Positions 1 to 15,523 of a stretch of DNA of 64,000 nt are shown in pieces. Positions within the stretch are counted from its first letter, which is position 1. Each line of letters starts with the position of its first letter. A program made the position numbers and the translations under genes. Below the pieces are notes generated by a model that was not told the origin of the DNA, ran no database searches, and saw only the letters and a list, made by a program, of their open reading frames with translations. The DNA lies in the NCBI RefSeq assembly GCF_009914755.1, contig NC_060935.1; one strand, given 5' to 3'. The stretch comes from the human T2T-CHM13v2.0 reference genome, Homo sapiens.

Positions 1-3000
1 TGTAATAATTACCTATGCACAAACTCTAGATGGCAATATTGCACTTACTGTACTTTTGAGAAAATTGTCACAGTCGATCTCCACATATCCTCTTTATCAA
101 CATTTTATGTGCCATGGATCTATAGCCTCTTATTATAAGTGTAATGAAGCAGAAGTTATTGAAGCATTTTATTGATTGCTCAGATCACAAGTTTACTGCC
201 ATACTGAATTGGCACCTTACTCACTGAAGCAAACTGCTGACACCTTTTTTAAAAAGTGACAACTACATCTATTTCATGACCAGAAATCCATTTTCATCTC
301 TATCAAGACAAGAATGCAATTTTCACTTCATTTAACTGATGTTAGGCCTGCTCAAAGCATGACACTTAGAAAGAGACACAAGTTTAAGGTTCTTAAAATA
401 CTTCAAGTAACTAGAATGCAGCTTGGTTTCAGGAAAAAAAAAATCAACAATCACTCAAATCTACAAACAACCTAATATTCTAAAAAAAATTACTTACCAG
501 AACCTTCAGAAGTAGTTTTCATCTCGAAATGACTATCACACTATTTTCATGTTTTTAATAGTATATTATGTTTATATATTATAGATTTTGTTCCAAGGTT
601 TCAAAGGATAATTAGGAAGTTTGTTAAAAACTGAAATATTTTAAGTGTTGTCACAGAAAGGCTAAGTCAAAGAAACAGCTCAATTTTTAAAGTATATACA
701 GAAAATGAAATAGAGATAGTTATTCATTCAATGATGTAGAACCAATAAATTATTTTAATTGACACAGGATCTGAAAAGACAAACTTCAAGCACTTCTTTT
801 TTGAAAAATTAAAATACTAAGATTCCTTTTAAAATACTTTATGCAATAAACAAATTTTGTCAATAATAAATGTAATTCAAGCATATTTTGAGATGAATCA
901 ATTCTGGATAGAATTATATTATACTATTGTTTGATACCTAATTACCAAACTTATTGAAAGTGTGGATAAAGTGAGCCAACATTAACTTACACAATTTTTT
1001 AAACAAAATCTAAGTGCTTTGGTAGAGCTTAGTTTTAGTATGTTAACAAAATACATTTCAATTTTAAACTGCAAAAACAATATATACTCAAGCTAGATGG
1101 TTATTTCCTCATCAAATAATATGCCCACAAAATAAATCTGCAATATTGTTACAATTTAAAAAGTAAAACCTAATTTTTGAAATAGAAATTCAGTACCTGA
1201 GATTGCTAAACACAATATGCCAAATATAGAACTTTTACATATAACATATATAACAGCATCCAAAAAAGTTAACTTGCTTAAATTAATAAACAAAAGAGAC
1301 TACATACATGCAAAAAAATTTAAATTTAAATCACTCGGGCCAAAAATTATATAAACCTCAACAAACTTTATTAAGTAATGATTTACTACAAATAGCTCAA
1401 ATACACATTTCAAAATTAAAATTACAGAAATAAAACATTTTCCCACAACTTCAGACATAAATAGAAATTGCAGTGTTTTTCAATACACTACCAAAGTTTA
1501 GAAAATACCCCAAGAATTTAAGAAATATTGGAGAATACTTTGGTTTATTTATTTTGCTTTAAGTAATCAAATCAGCTAAAATTTAATATCAAACAATCAT
1601 TTTATTCCGAAGTGCTAAAAACTAGGAGTAGAATTAAAAATTCCTTAAGATTTCTTAAATTCACAGATTCACATTTTTTCATGGCTTAATGAATTCAGGG
1701 GCTATGACTCTTCCTAATTAAGATGGTGCTTACCATGATATAATAGATACTCATTTCCCTTTTTTCTCTCTGAATTTCAAAAATAACTATGCAATCTATA
1801 AGAACTGTTAGGCCATACTGTGAACAGCTTTAAATGATTAAAACTGAAAGTTTATGAGTGCTTTCAAAAATTGTATTTAAAAAAAAAAAAGTACTATGCA
1901 TTCTTATGTAAAAGTCTCCAGGAATTTTGTTGGTTGGCGGGGAAATTCAAACTTGGGAAGACATTTTCAGAAATGAGTGTTTCTCAAAAATCACATTTGT
2001 ACTTAACACTGCCCATCAGCCATTCTGAGTCATTACTTGTATAGCTGCCTGGCACAGCTCCATGCACGTTTATGCATCTTTACAGTGTTTCTCAACAGAC
2101 TGCCATATTTTGTTTACTGACAGCAACTAAAAGCTCTATGTGGGATGATAAATAAAGAAGATCATGTTTAAAAATCACTAATATCATTTTAAAAGGTAGT
2201 GCAGCCTTGTGTTTTGGCCTCTCCTTAGCTGTGTTAGGCCTATGAATGACAGCTTCCCTGCTTGAAGCACACAGAAAGCACAGCCTTCCTCATTCACTGA
2301 CAGGACTGTGGCCTTTTCACACGTTCCTTCCACAGCAGTGTTTGTCCCCAAACACTAGAACTCGACACAATGGCATTCCTACTTCAACACCCCCACCAAC
2401 AGCACCACTACATAACAAGAATGCTAATGAGATGGAACGGCCCTGTCGCTGAAAGTGTTAACTACATTTCATAGGAATGCGTTTATGCAATTGCAAAGAT
2501 TACCAATTAAATAGATTCTGCTTAGCTCCAAGCAATTTCCAAGATGCTTCCACTTTTAAGGAAATAAATGTGATAAATGTATGTCTAAGTGACTTTGTGC
2601 TGTTCTAAATAAAATATCTCATTTTAATACACACGAATCAGTATATATTTAAGACCACCCTAATGTAGTGTGCTTAAATCAGTTGCATGCTATAACAGCC
2701 AAGCTAAAGTTAAAAATTGAAAAATGAGTAAGTTTGTAAACATAAAACCAGTAGCCCTGACTTTTCTTTTAAAGCTATATTATCGCAATTTATTTAAAAT
2801 AAATTTCCTTTGGGAATGACAAAATTTAAAGCTTATATTTCGACAGACATCAAGATAATATTGTTGTTTTTATATGTGGTCTCAAAAGTGAAATAAATTG
2901 AAATAATATCAAGAATAATCTAATCATACGATTTATAAACTTTAATTTGTTAAGGAAATAGGAATCATCATCTACCTCCATTTCACCTATCTAAAGATTC

Positions 3001-5235
3001 TTTAAAACAATCTTATATAAAACTAAATAGAAAAGGCTATACCAAAGGTCAAATGAAGTAAGTGTAGTTGAAACAAAGTTCATTAATTCTTAAGAAGGAT
3101 ATTTGCTAGGAAATCCCACTCACAAATAAAGATATTGTCAGGCTTAACACCTAAGCACTGATGGTCTGTTAAGGGTATGACTACAGGGACTTCTCTAAAC
3201 ATTCAAATAATTTTAAATTAAGTCTTAATATAACACTACAAAAGAAGAAAACCTCAAGCATACATAAAATAGAGCACATCTAAAGCAACAGAAATTTACA
3301 TAAAAATACATAATGAGCAAACTTCTGCTTATTTTTCTTCATTTTTATATTTCCAAATAAAACTTAAGTATCATATTAAAACTGCTGAATGTAAAGCTAT
3401 GAATTATTACAACTTAGTGGAAGAAAAAAGCTTTAGGAGAAATGGCAAAGAGCATAGGTTTCAAAATATTCTTAAATTTCATATAATGTTGAAATCTTTA
3501 CAGACTGCCCAAACAGACAATCACAGAGACACTAAAATGTTAAATTTTGTTCATAATTTAATATTTAATAAAATATATTTTTCATCAATTTTGAGTCATA
3601 AAGAATTTTTTAATGAAAGCAGTAAGTAATTCTGAAAGTATTTTTTTCTTACAATGCACAGAGCTCTTTTAAATCTAGTATAGCAATTTATACTTCTTTA
3701 AATTTTACATGTTTAAGACAGTGGAAGAAAAACATGCCATTATTTCTGGGATGTTTCTTATTTCTAACATCCTTACTTGAAATAAAACTTAGAAAATGTT
3801 TAAGCTTGTCTTTAGATTTTATTTAAACAGTGCTTTTCCTGAATTGGAGAATTGTCTCATTATTTCTTCTAACATTAAATAATTTTAAATTTCAATAAGT
3901 GGAATCAAACCACATTAATTCCAAAAAATTATTGTAATGCAATTAATCATGATCCATTTTATAATATCATGATATCTTAAAACTTAAATAATATTTCAAC
4001 TACAATAATTTAATCTAAATGCAATAAAATATTTTATACTAGTTTCTATATATAATGGCTTAATAAAGAACATTCGTTTGGATTTTTCTTTCTTTCATTG
4101 TATTATTATGAATAGTCTTATCTATGATAATTATAATCCTGTTTCTGGATTTGCTGAATATAACGAGACAAACCAAACACATTTTGCGAAGTTTTCTTGG
4201 GAAGATGTTTTTTGCTAGTTCTGGATACCTTAGTACAACACTTTATTCCAAAGTCAATACAAGTTGTTCTTTTCCAAACTCGACAGCAGGAGGTGCTGTG
4301 TGAACACTAAGACTGATAGCCCATTCCCACCTCCCCTTCCTCTCTGCAAGCAGAGAATAATATAGCATGATGCTTTCAAAATATTCATTTTTCAGCAGTC
4401 TGTGGTCTCGGATAATGAGCCCAGTTCTAAACTGGAACCTCCCAGTTCAAAATATAAAACCTAGTCCTCATTTAGCTTGGTAAAAACATGTGCTTCGATT
4501 CTTAAAACCAAGTACAAAGAGGATTTTTTAAATGTGGCAATTCCATTTTTATGTTATAAATGGCATCAGTTATTCTGCTTTACAAATGTGAATCCTACTT
4601 TAAGATAAATCAAAAGTCCCTATACATGATTATAAAAATACCAGCCTTTACCCACACACATACAAACATGAAATAAATACACAGGAATTAAAGGACAAAA
4701 TCCGGTTTAACCTGATTCAAATAAACTAACTCTGTTTCTATACTTTTGACTCCTGAAACAGACAAGTTAAATAAGGATAAATGAAGTAAGCTACTCTTGA
4801 CATGAAGTTGATTCACGATTTCATTTTTCAGAATGTGATTTGTTGTATTCTAGCCCCCATAAATCTGATTTTATGCTGGAAAAAAATAGAATGCTAAACA
4901 TTTCAACCTTCAAATGACTTAGGAGCTATTTATTCTCTTATTTAAAGTAATTGTCTATAGAATTTCCATGTAAGAAGCTGCCTTCACTTTGCCCAGTATG
5001 CGCTGCAAGAAAAGATGAGACATATGACATCTTATACCAAAAGACAGATACAATTAGCTCCATTATTGTTGGCTTTGAGATTACAGAAACAGCATTTTTG
5101 GCTCCCTAACAGGCACTGAGCTCACAAAATACATGTCACAGTTCTTTTATGACACAAAGCCAATCATTGCCTCTATACAACCAAGTATATTTTTAAAACA
5201 TATAATAAAGAAATTTTTAAAGAGGGATGACTCAC

Positions 5236-5402
5236 CTGTTTATAATATTTTTTTGCAGACTTTAATCGTTGGTACAGGGCCAAAAGAACTCCTTGGATGT
5301 ACATCTTAGCTCCTGAGGGGCTGAAACCTTCTCCCTTAGAGACCCAAAGTGGTCCTCGCAAAGGTGTGATGGAATTTTGCAGGCATTTTTCAAGCAGAGG
5401 AA
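5236..5402 (-). CDS. DCDC1: DCDC1 internal coding exon of the long isoform (167 nt): (V)PLLEKCLQNSITPLRGPLWVSKGEGFSPSGAKMYIQGVLLALYQRLKSAKKYYKQ
   Basis: Acceptor cccttcttttcttgcatag|TT and donor CAG|gtgagt. Length is 2+55x3 nt. Its phase-1 start is compatible with the 94-nt exon (G|TT = Val). Contains the DCX C-terminal-like motif LWVSxGExF. Confidence 0.9.
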
Positions 5403-8400
5403 CTATGCAAGAAAAGAAGGGAAAAAAATTCTTTTGACCCAACCCAACCGAAATACACTGCCTGGAACACAGCCCCAATACCAGAGCTAACTCTTAACAT
5501 CTATTATTTATAACTGACCTGGGTTAAGTCTTAGAGAGGCAATTCCTGCGTTACTACTGGCCACCATGAAGGATGTATTTATATTGAGACACCCCCCATG
5601 CAAGACTCATAAGCTTTGTGAGCACACCTGAATAGTTCTGAAGTGTGCCTAACTAGCTGCACAGAGTGTCATGGTGTGCACTGATTGCCTTATCTTCTCA
5701 TTTATCACAGATGAGTTGGAACCAACCTTGCTGAAACCTACTTGCATTGTCCTGATAAAACTGTAAGATCCATGTTGTTTCTGTACATAGCTTCTTGTAG
5801 AGCAGTCTATATACCTAAAACATCGCATCTGGAAATTATTCATAAAATATAATCCACACCTTTATAAACCATCCTATTTCATGATTTTTGTTGCATTCCT
5901 TAAGTAACCCATACAACAGCGTGGCAAGACTGTTTAAAAACAGGGGGCAGAATCTTAAACAAGCATTTTATCATACCTTTCTTTTTTCAGTTTCTGGAAT
6001 ATGAAACAGTCAAGGATTTAGGAATGCTATTCCAGCATGCGTTTTGTAAATAGATAAAAGATATTTACTTATGGGTATGTACTGCAACATCCATAAGGAG
6101 TTGACAAACATGTTTATACACTTTTTCACACGATTAGTTAATAAAGTCTTTCTAGTGTAAAATAGTCCAATAACATGGCAGCTAGCTAACATTTTTCAAG
6201 ATTTAATTTTCCTCTGAAAAGCCAGAAATCAAGAAATAAAAATGGCACACTTGGGAATCCAGAAAAAGTAAATGATATTTTTCTTTACTTGGTCATTATT
6301 TAAGTATATACATGTGACACAAACTTAAACATGCAAAATAACTATAGGTATTGGCTACCTTATTCTGATACACATTTCTGCTAGAAAAAGGAATTAAATA
6401 GATCACCGGCAAAGAAAATAGGTCCGGCAAAGAAAATAGGTCATGCCGTTAGTTATGTTATATGTTGCATATTTTATGCAGAAAGGCCTAGCATAGCAAT
6501 CTGGAAATTGAATTACAATTAGGTTCAGCTGAGCTGCTGAGAGGCTGAGTTATGCAAATAGCCTTTGCTACTGGTATTCTGCTAAATTTTGCTCTTGGTA
6601 AAAAAGTTATGCATTTTATGGCACTAAGTTCCACAACTCTCTACCAAAGCATAATTTAAAGTCTGTCTAATACGTTCAACACTAAGGAGAATGTTGAAAA
6701 CAGGGTTCAAGATTTTGTTACTAATATAGTATAAAGTTAAGAGGAAATTATGAGCCAATGACTATTGAAACATCTTCTTAGATGTGTGCATAAAATTCAC
6801 TTATTTAGCTTGAGAAACTAATTCCTGAAATTCATCTATCAACCTCATTTTTATACTGTCTTAGAGTAATTGCTTTTCTAAGTCTTATAACAAACAACTC
6901 AAACTTAAAAAAATATAAGATCATAAATATTATAAAAGCAATAAAAATTAAAAGATAAACGAGCTTATATTCAGAATTATAACTCTTCAACCTTTAAAAA
7001 TGTATAATATAAAGCAACCTTGATTACAATTTTTTCAAAAGAAACCTAGCTTAAGAATCATCAGTGCTTTTAGTTTATTGCTACACATTCATATATTACT
7101 ATGTGTTAGATTTTAATTCATACACCTTTAATTGGTATACTCATTGAACCTGGCATACTTTTTGAACATTGAAAGGCACTACATAAATAGATATTAAGTT
7201 GAAATAAAGTTTAATAAATTGAGCAGTAGGTGATAAGCTTGAATGATTTACACCCTAGAGTTAATCTTGAATTTAAACATGAGAAAATTTTATCAGATTC
7301 TCTACCTATGCTTGTCACAAAATAACTTTCAGATTATTTATGTCAGCTCAAGGGATTCCAAAAAAAGCACTTACTAGATCTAACAACAAAAATTCTAAGT
7401 TTTTCAAAGTTTATACTCTCCACAAGAATTTTAGAAAAAATACAGCTTAGAAAATAAAATAAAATTATACCACAGCATAAGCAGTGTCAGAATTGCTACT
7501 GGATGGAAAACAGCTCCCATGTTCCACATGATTTATGTAATTAGGAATACTATGGAAACCAGAAACAGCAAAGCAAAGAAAGCAGTATTCACAAGCAGGT
7601 TTTATAAGGGACTTCAGAATCTGCTCTGAACTTGTTGAATAATCTGTTCAGTATTCCAGAATCTCCCTGCAGGAAGCAGGGTCCTCATTATAACCACCAG
7701 AGCACTAATAAAGGTTAGCCTCTGAACTAGGGATTAGAAGGCTCTTTCTTTTTAGAAGCTGCAAACTAGTAACTTTGATGATCTTCTTGAAAAGGAAGAC
7801 AAAGCACACTCCAAGAACAAACAATGTTTCCACTAACTAGGAAGGTACAGAAAACATAAGAAAATGATACGCCTAAGTACTTAAAAATGATGTATAAATC
7901 AGCCTACGTTATACTAAAAAATAATAATATTTATTAAGCAGTTAGAATTAAAGAACTGTCCATTTAAAAAGGAGCCTCGGCCTAAAACATACTTTTAAAA
8001 TATTATTGAATAATTGATTTTTTAAAAAAGAAGTCGCTCGACTTTTTAACCTCAACCCATAGATTTTAACTGGATGTGAATTAGTTATTTAAGTGTTTTA
8101 GTGGATATTCCTAATATTCTATACCAAATCATAGCTCATAAGTGCTCTTAACCAATGGTTTTCTTCTCTTTTATGTAGAGTTCTCTTTTTCCCTTATTAT
8201 TTTTGTGTCCTTCCAACCATGTGCTTCTCTGTCTTCAAACTACTATGTAGAAATATTCAAACTACTATGTAGAAATATTGACTCATTCAAGAAAGTTATC
8301 CTATGGTCTTTTAATATTTGTGTGCGTAACTACACATAAACATTTCTTCTTATGTGAAAGGCCTTTATTACAGGTGTTCTACCTAGTTTCTTCTGTTTGC

Positions 8401-11400
8401 ATGATTGTGGTAAGAACTTCTCTTTTGTGTATTTTCATTAAGCTAACCCTCAACATTTCATATTAAATGGTTTGGAAGTTAATCATCCCTTAAATTTAGC
8501 AATTATGCAGACATCAGTCAAATGGAATCATTTCATTGGGATCACTTCCACCCCTGGAAAGGTGAAAAGTTATGTGGATGATTACTTTTCATTCCTTTTG
8601 TTTCATCTCAAGTTATGACTATAGGGCAAAATTAAAATTAATCCAATCATTTCAATGAGTTTGGAGCTAAGACTGAGGCTGTTGATAAATCATGTGACCA
8701 AAAAAGAGTAACTCCACTGGACAGAGCTGGTAGTGAGCATCATAGGTAAACAGATTATATAACCAAAACTAGTAGCTATATTCATTTCATAATTATCAAC
8801 CAATACCTTTCTCACTCACGCTGTTTCATTCCTTTTCCATTTCCTCCCCTCTTTCCCCACCTATTAATATATTCTTGTCCTTCAAGGCTCATATCAAATG
8901 TTACCACCTCTGGCAAAATATCCTAAATGATTTAGGTAGAATTAATTGCTCCCTCCTCTATGCCTCCCATAGCATTCTCTCTCTCTTTTTTTTTTTCTTA
9001 TTGATTTGTATTAGTCCATATCTTGTCCCCTCCCACTTTCATCCCCCAGTAAATCCTAAAACCTTTTGGAGTTTGAAGTCACGATATTTTTTAGTTTAGT
9101 GAAAGCAGTGCTCAACAAATGTCTACTAGATGAATAAATGGTACTGCAGATATACTGTAGACAGTCTTCTGGGTAAGTTTTAAGAACATAACTACAACTA
9201 TCCATGATCATTTAGAACCTGTAACTTTCTATAACCTAAAAAAATTTGATCTGAATTTGTTAAATAAACATGAATATACCCGAATTTCAAAGCATATTTA
9301 GGATGTGTGCAATTGTTTTTATTTTAATTTTCCTTATATGATTATGAAGACTAAGGAGGAAAATAAATATAAAAAGAAAGCCATAAGATTTGGGAAGGAA
9401 GCATTAACTAGACAGGAGAAGGCCAGAGATGGGTATTTTTAAAAAGTCCTTGGAAAACTCTTATGTACTTTATCCTACCTTGTCATAAATCATGCTTCTA
9501 TAGGAAAAGGCACATAATAAAATTTAAATGACAGAGCAATAATATTAGATTAAGGTCAAAATAACTCTTTTAAATAAAAAAGGTAATTTCTTCTAAGAAC
9601 CCCAAAAATGAGTTCAAATGTTAAATAAGAAAATAAACTGTTCAGGCTTCAAGAGGATCTTCTATTAAAACTTTCATCACTGATAAGAAGTGTGAACTTA
9701 CTTGGGATACATAATGGAGGCAGTACATGATAAGGAACCAAAAATCTCTCTAAAGAGAAACCACAAAGCTAATCAAATTTGTCTATCAGATTTAGACTGG
9801 AATATTCTGTCATGATCTATACCGAGGGAATATATATCCCTCTCCAAAAGCAACATCCTGCATTGAAAGGGCCATGTGCATACTGCATTTCAATCAAATA
9901 TGGAAAGCTAAAAAGATCAGGATTTTTTGTTAATAGCATTTCAAGAAGCACAGGGAATAATCAAAGGCTTTAATAACTTGCTTACAATAAAAAATTAAGT
10001 CACGCCAATTAAATATCCATAACCATAATTTACATAATATTGTAATTTTCACATTTCAGTCAGAGTACATGAGACTATGAAAGAAAAGCACACTGCCCAG
10101 AGTATAGTTACCTATAAAGAAACTTCTATATATTCTTTGGCAGCAAGCTGCAGATCCAGCTTCTAAAATACTTGGCTATTGCTAACAAGATATCATTTAG
10201 AAATACACCAAGACATTTGGGAATTTCCCACCAATTCAACCTATTCAATTGGCTTTTTTTTTTTTAAATGAAGTTGACCTAAAAAGTCTTCTTTGGTCAA
10301 AACAAGGTAAGTTTTTAAAAGATACTAAGATGTGACTGCTTCCCAGTCCAGGAAGTATGACTGCAGGGAGTTTGAGCTAGTGCCAAGGTATGTGTGTATT
10401 TTAATGTTCCTTATCCAGCTTTACGCAATAGTTGGAAAGCTCCTGGTCCCACAGCAACCATCAGACACCATTCAAAAGCATGGTCTGCAGGGAAGATTGA
10501 ATGACGGAGAACACACTGTCTCCTGTGTTGCTTGATTTATATCAGTGTATTTTTATCCAAACAAAACTAAACTAACAGCTGCTGTGTACTTTTGTTTACA
10601 TGCTATATGTCAAATCTTATTGTCCCTAAGGTACTTATGAGAAAAGATTTAGCAGTGGTTTTCTTAAATACCAATGCCTACCCAAATTTGGATTTTTCCT
10701 CCACTGAACAAAATGACAAGCACATGATTGCTATACTTAGAGCAATCTTTCACAGCTGCTTTAGTTTTTCAGTGATCCTATTAAACTGACGGCATATTGC
10801 CTGTGGGGTCTACAGTGTTATAATACTGCTGTAAGAGACATTGATTTGTACGACAGGATCAAACAGAATAGTGATGCATTGCAGGAAGAATTTCATAGGT
10901 CATACTGTTTTTACCTGAGTAAAATTTAATTTGGACATTATGACCTTTATAGGACACCTGGTTATTTTAATTGCTGATGTGTGGATGAATGTTGACATTA
11001 AGGCTTAGGAGGTATGAAATCTTAGAAAGTCCTCTCCATTTTGAAAATGCAGCCTGAGTCATGTTTTTTTTCTTAAACTGAACGAAGTAGCTGTGCATTA
11101 AATATGCTGGCACATCTTCTGCTTGAGCAAGTGGACCGAAATGGTGTGAATTGTTAATGCCTTGCTGCTTTGGTTCACGGCTTGTGATTGATCATTTGTA
11201 ACTATATCTACTCCTTGTTCCATGAAATCAAGTATGGAGTAATGGGTTCATCAGATTTGGGGGTTAAATTGAGAGTGAAGAGGTACTGTGTGTGGAAATA
11301 AGAGTTGCCATGTTCAGGGCTGGCCTTGTAACAGCATGGAATCTAAAGGCGATATTCAAAACCACTTCACTCATCATACGCTTACTGATTCTGAATAGGG

Positions 11401-14169
11401 CCCATTTGCAGGGGACATTTGGTAGTTTTCCAATACGCTTTATGCCTCTTTCTACTTCCACCACCATGCACATCTTTTTTTCATACATCCCCAGTAGCAC
11501 ATTGGTAGAACAGGTCAGCATACACAATTCATTTATTTAAATGACTTGATTTATACAAGTAGAAATAAGCTGGGATTCTATTGTCTGATCTTTCTTTCCC
11601 CTTCAACAAAAATAATAGTGTGTGTGTGTCTTTGAAAATACAAGGATTTTGTGAACTCAATTTCTTGGACTTCTAAAATATTTGATATTTAGTAGTAATG
11701 TAAAATAATTGGTTTGGCATACATGCAATTTAAGATTACTTAAAGAAATACTGAGAATTAACTATACCTAGTCAATTTTTATGTGGCCATGGCCTATACC
11801 AATACATAAAATTGAAAATGCATGACATGGTATTGTAAACTTTAAAGTTCCATACAAAAACTTAAAGTATTATCTTAGAGTTAGTTTTAGGGAGGATAAT
11901 GCACAGAACTCAACAAATAAATCTAACCTAAAATAGAAGTAATGGTCTTTAGAAATGTCATTATATAATTACTTGATCTAATAACTGACATTTTTATTAC
12001 TTGAGAGTATTTGTATTTATATTACTATCCCAAAAAGTTTAACCCAAATGGTATTAAATTAGGCACAAATTAACTTTTGACTCAGTCAGAAAATAAGTAA
12101 TAGAAAACAAAGTAAAACATAGGAATAAGATCAATTACACAAAGCACTTACATATGTAAATAACATTCAAAAGCAAGCTAATTATAAAATGTCTTGAAAT
12201 TCCACTGTTACATTGTACAGTCACATTAATACAAGTCTAAAGATGTAGTTAACCTTTTTGTTCTTTTATTTCCTTCTTTTAAGACTCAAAGTAGGAATAA
12301 TAATAATACCCAGAACAAACATACCTAATTCAGAGACTTAAAAGTCAGCTAATGTGAGTAAAACAGTTTGGTACCCTTGAATGTAAATACTAAGTCAACA
12401 TATTACTTACATGTTAATGATTTATTTAAGATGCAAATAGATATGTCAAGAGAGATTTATACTTTAAATGTGACAGACTAAAAAAAGCCCTAATCGTTTC
12501 AGCAATAAAAATGGAGGATTCCCTTTGACATTTATTTCTCCATGTTTGTTTCACAAAGACAGAATCTTCTATAATTAGTGTTTTTACATATTTTTGTCTA
12601 CGATTTCTTCTCTCTTCTAAAAACTCTTAGGAGAAAGATAATCTCTGCTGAGTTGTGTTCTTTTACATAACTGTTAAATGCTGAGAGCTATGTAAGACAT
12701 TGTTTTATAACAGGTAGTAGCAATTAGGCTGTTTGTTTTCATTGGCAATTATTACAATATATTTCATAATAAACTTCTGGGATCATGGACAAGTCATTAG
12801 GGTCAGAATAGGATTTTTGGCTTTAGAGTTCTAAGGCTGAAAAATAAGAGACATAAAAACCAGAAGACAGAAAGACAAACTTAAGGATTTTCTAAAAGCA
12901 AGGATTTGGTTTAAAAATTACATGAATGACTAAAACAAGTGTACCCCAACAAAAACTAGGAGTGATGATTATATCTTCATGAATATAAAAGAGGGCTTAT
13001 GTTTTAAAGATTTCAACAGGGAATTTCTGAAAATATTAAAGAGTCTACAAATAAATTAGACTACTTTGTGAATGTTCATATTGCACAGTTCTGCCTTCAC
13101 ATATTTAATAAAAGATGACAGTGATCCAATTATATAATGGGAGATCTCCAACTGCCACTAAAACACTTTTAAAACTCAAGCCTTAGCAAAATTCTTGATA
13201 ACCTCTGTAGATCAATAGTAAAAATATAAATTAGTGGTTACTTAACCACATTCTGTTTTTGACATAAGCAACAAGGGTAGATGAAGTCCTATGCCAGGAA
13301 GTCACTAGAAGACCCTGAGGACCATGTCTAAGAAACCCTGGAACCAAGGAAAAGTCAAAGAGACTGCAAGTCCAAGGAATGAAGACTTCCTGAGCAGCAT
13401 CTTTCCGACACAACAGGCTCTTAACTGGCTGCCTTTGTGTATACCAAGTCTTGCCCTAGAGAGATTTAAGGACTGATTAATTATTGCCAGCACTTAGCAC
13501 CCTTCTTCAGCAAGAGACCTAAATTGTTACATTTCATAAAATTTGAAAAGTAAAGGTAAATGCTAAGGAACTCAATGATTGAGGAGAGGCAAATACACTT
13601 AAATTTAAAGAAGAAACTTTATCCATAAGCCTAATCTTAATTCCCTAAAAAGTTGTAGAACAGATTATAAAACAGTTTGTGAACACTCAGGAAAACATAC
13701 AGTAATCATTAGGACCCAACATGGGATCACTGACTACTAAACAAATATTTAATGAACAGAGAGAGAGATTCTTGCATGGAGAGAGATTCAAGCTCCCTAC
13801 ATGGAGCTTGAGATTTCCTACACTAACATATAAACAATATTTCTTCCAGTGGGAACTAGGTCACAATACACTGTGGCTACCATCTATTGTCTTTAAGAAA
13901 GGTACTGCCAAATCTGTATGCCCCTTCCCAGATAAATGGGTGTATCTGTAGGAGACAAAGTAGGAGAACATGTAATGTTTACAAACCTCCTATTTAAGTC
14001 CTCTATTTAGAATTCATGATTGCTTGCTTTTAAATGATTCTATTTAAAAGTCAAAGAGAATTATATTACTTAGTATCCAAAACAAGGCAAAAAAAAATTA
14101 TGAGTGGATGCTGCCTTGGCTCACAATTTCTTTCCTGAAGAAAGTTATGAAAGGAATCAGAGTGAATGA

Positions 14170-14291
<122 letters not shown>

Positions 14292-14585
14292 GCCTGGGGC
14301 TTGACTTTAGGCTACAGTTTATATCATTTTGAGTCACCCCCAACCCCCCTAAAACACCCTAAACCCCTTAAAGAATAGATTTCCGTTAGATATAATTTTC
14401 CATTAGCAATGCTGTTCCTGGAGCCTAGACAGTCTGAACTATTGCAGAATGCCACATTTGGCAGAACAGGAGCAGTGCTAGATGTACAAGGATAGTACTA
14501 GGCATTTTTAGAGCACCCAAGAAGGAGGAGCATTTTGACTAGACCTAGACCCTCTCTCATTGCCTGAATTTTCCACTTATGTTAG

Positions 14586-14894
<309 letters not shown>

Positions 14895-15110
14895 CCCTAA
14901 TTTTTATACTATTTTACAATATCTACTCTGTTATTTAGCCCTATGCTGAACATGGGAATACAGAGAAGTTTACAAAATCTTCACCTTCATGTAGTTTACA
15001 CTCTAGATGAAAGACAGACATTAAACAAATAACTGCCAAGTCGTTTTATTAATTGCAGTTGTGATAATTACTATACACAGGGTGCTATGAATGTAACAGG
15101 GATACCCATC

Positions 15111-15523
15111 TATAATGCCTACTTTTATGTGCCAACTTGATGGGATCACAGGGTATCCAGACATTTGGCTGAACATTATTCTGAGTGTGTCTGTGAGGAT
15201 GTTTAAGCATTTGGATAGGATAAATATTTGAATCAGTAGACTAAGTAAAGCAGATTGGCCTCTCTAATGTTGGTGGGCCTCATTCAATCAAATGAGGGCC
15301 CGAATAGAACAAAAAGGTTGAGTAACTTGGACTGTAACTAACTATGCATAGATTCTATTGGATCTCCAGCTTGCCAACTATAGAGCTTGAGTCTTCTCAG
15401 CTTCCATAATCACGTGAACCAATTCCTTAAAACAAATTAAGAGAGAGACAGAGAAACAGAGAGAGAGAGAGAGAGAGACACTATAAATAGATTCTGTTTC
15501 TATGGATAACCCTAAGAAATACA
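15111..15523 (+). mobile_element. MLT2 (MLT2D-like) ERVL LTR with internal (GA)n
   Basis: ttttatgtgccaacttga...gtaaagcagattg...tctgtttctatggataaccctaa; TSD ccatc / ccacc. Confidence 0.8.

Noticed and set aside
491-545. Consensus donor CTG|gtaagt on the minus strand at 498
   Set aside because: No convincing polypyrimidine acceptor or recognisable DCDC1 peptide upstream.
11264-11540. Overlapping 87-aa and 82-aa ORFs on opposite strands in non-repetitive DNA
   Set aside because: No recognisable homology or splice sites; ORFs of this length are expected by chance.
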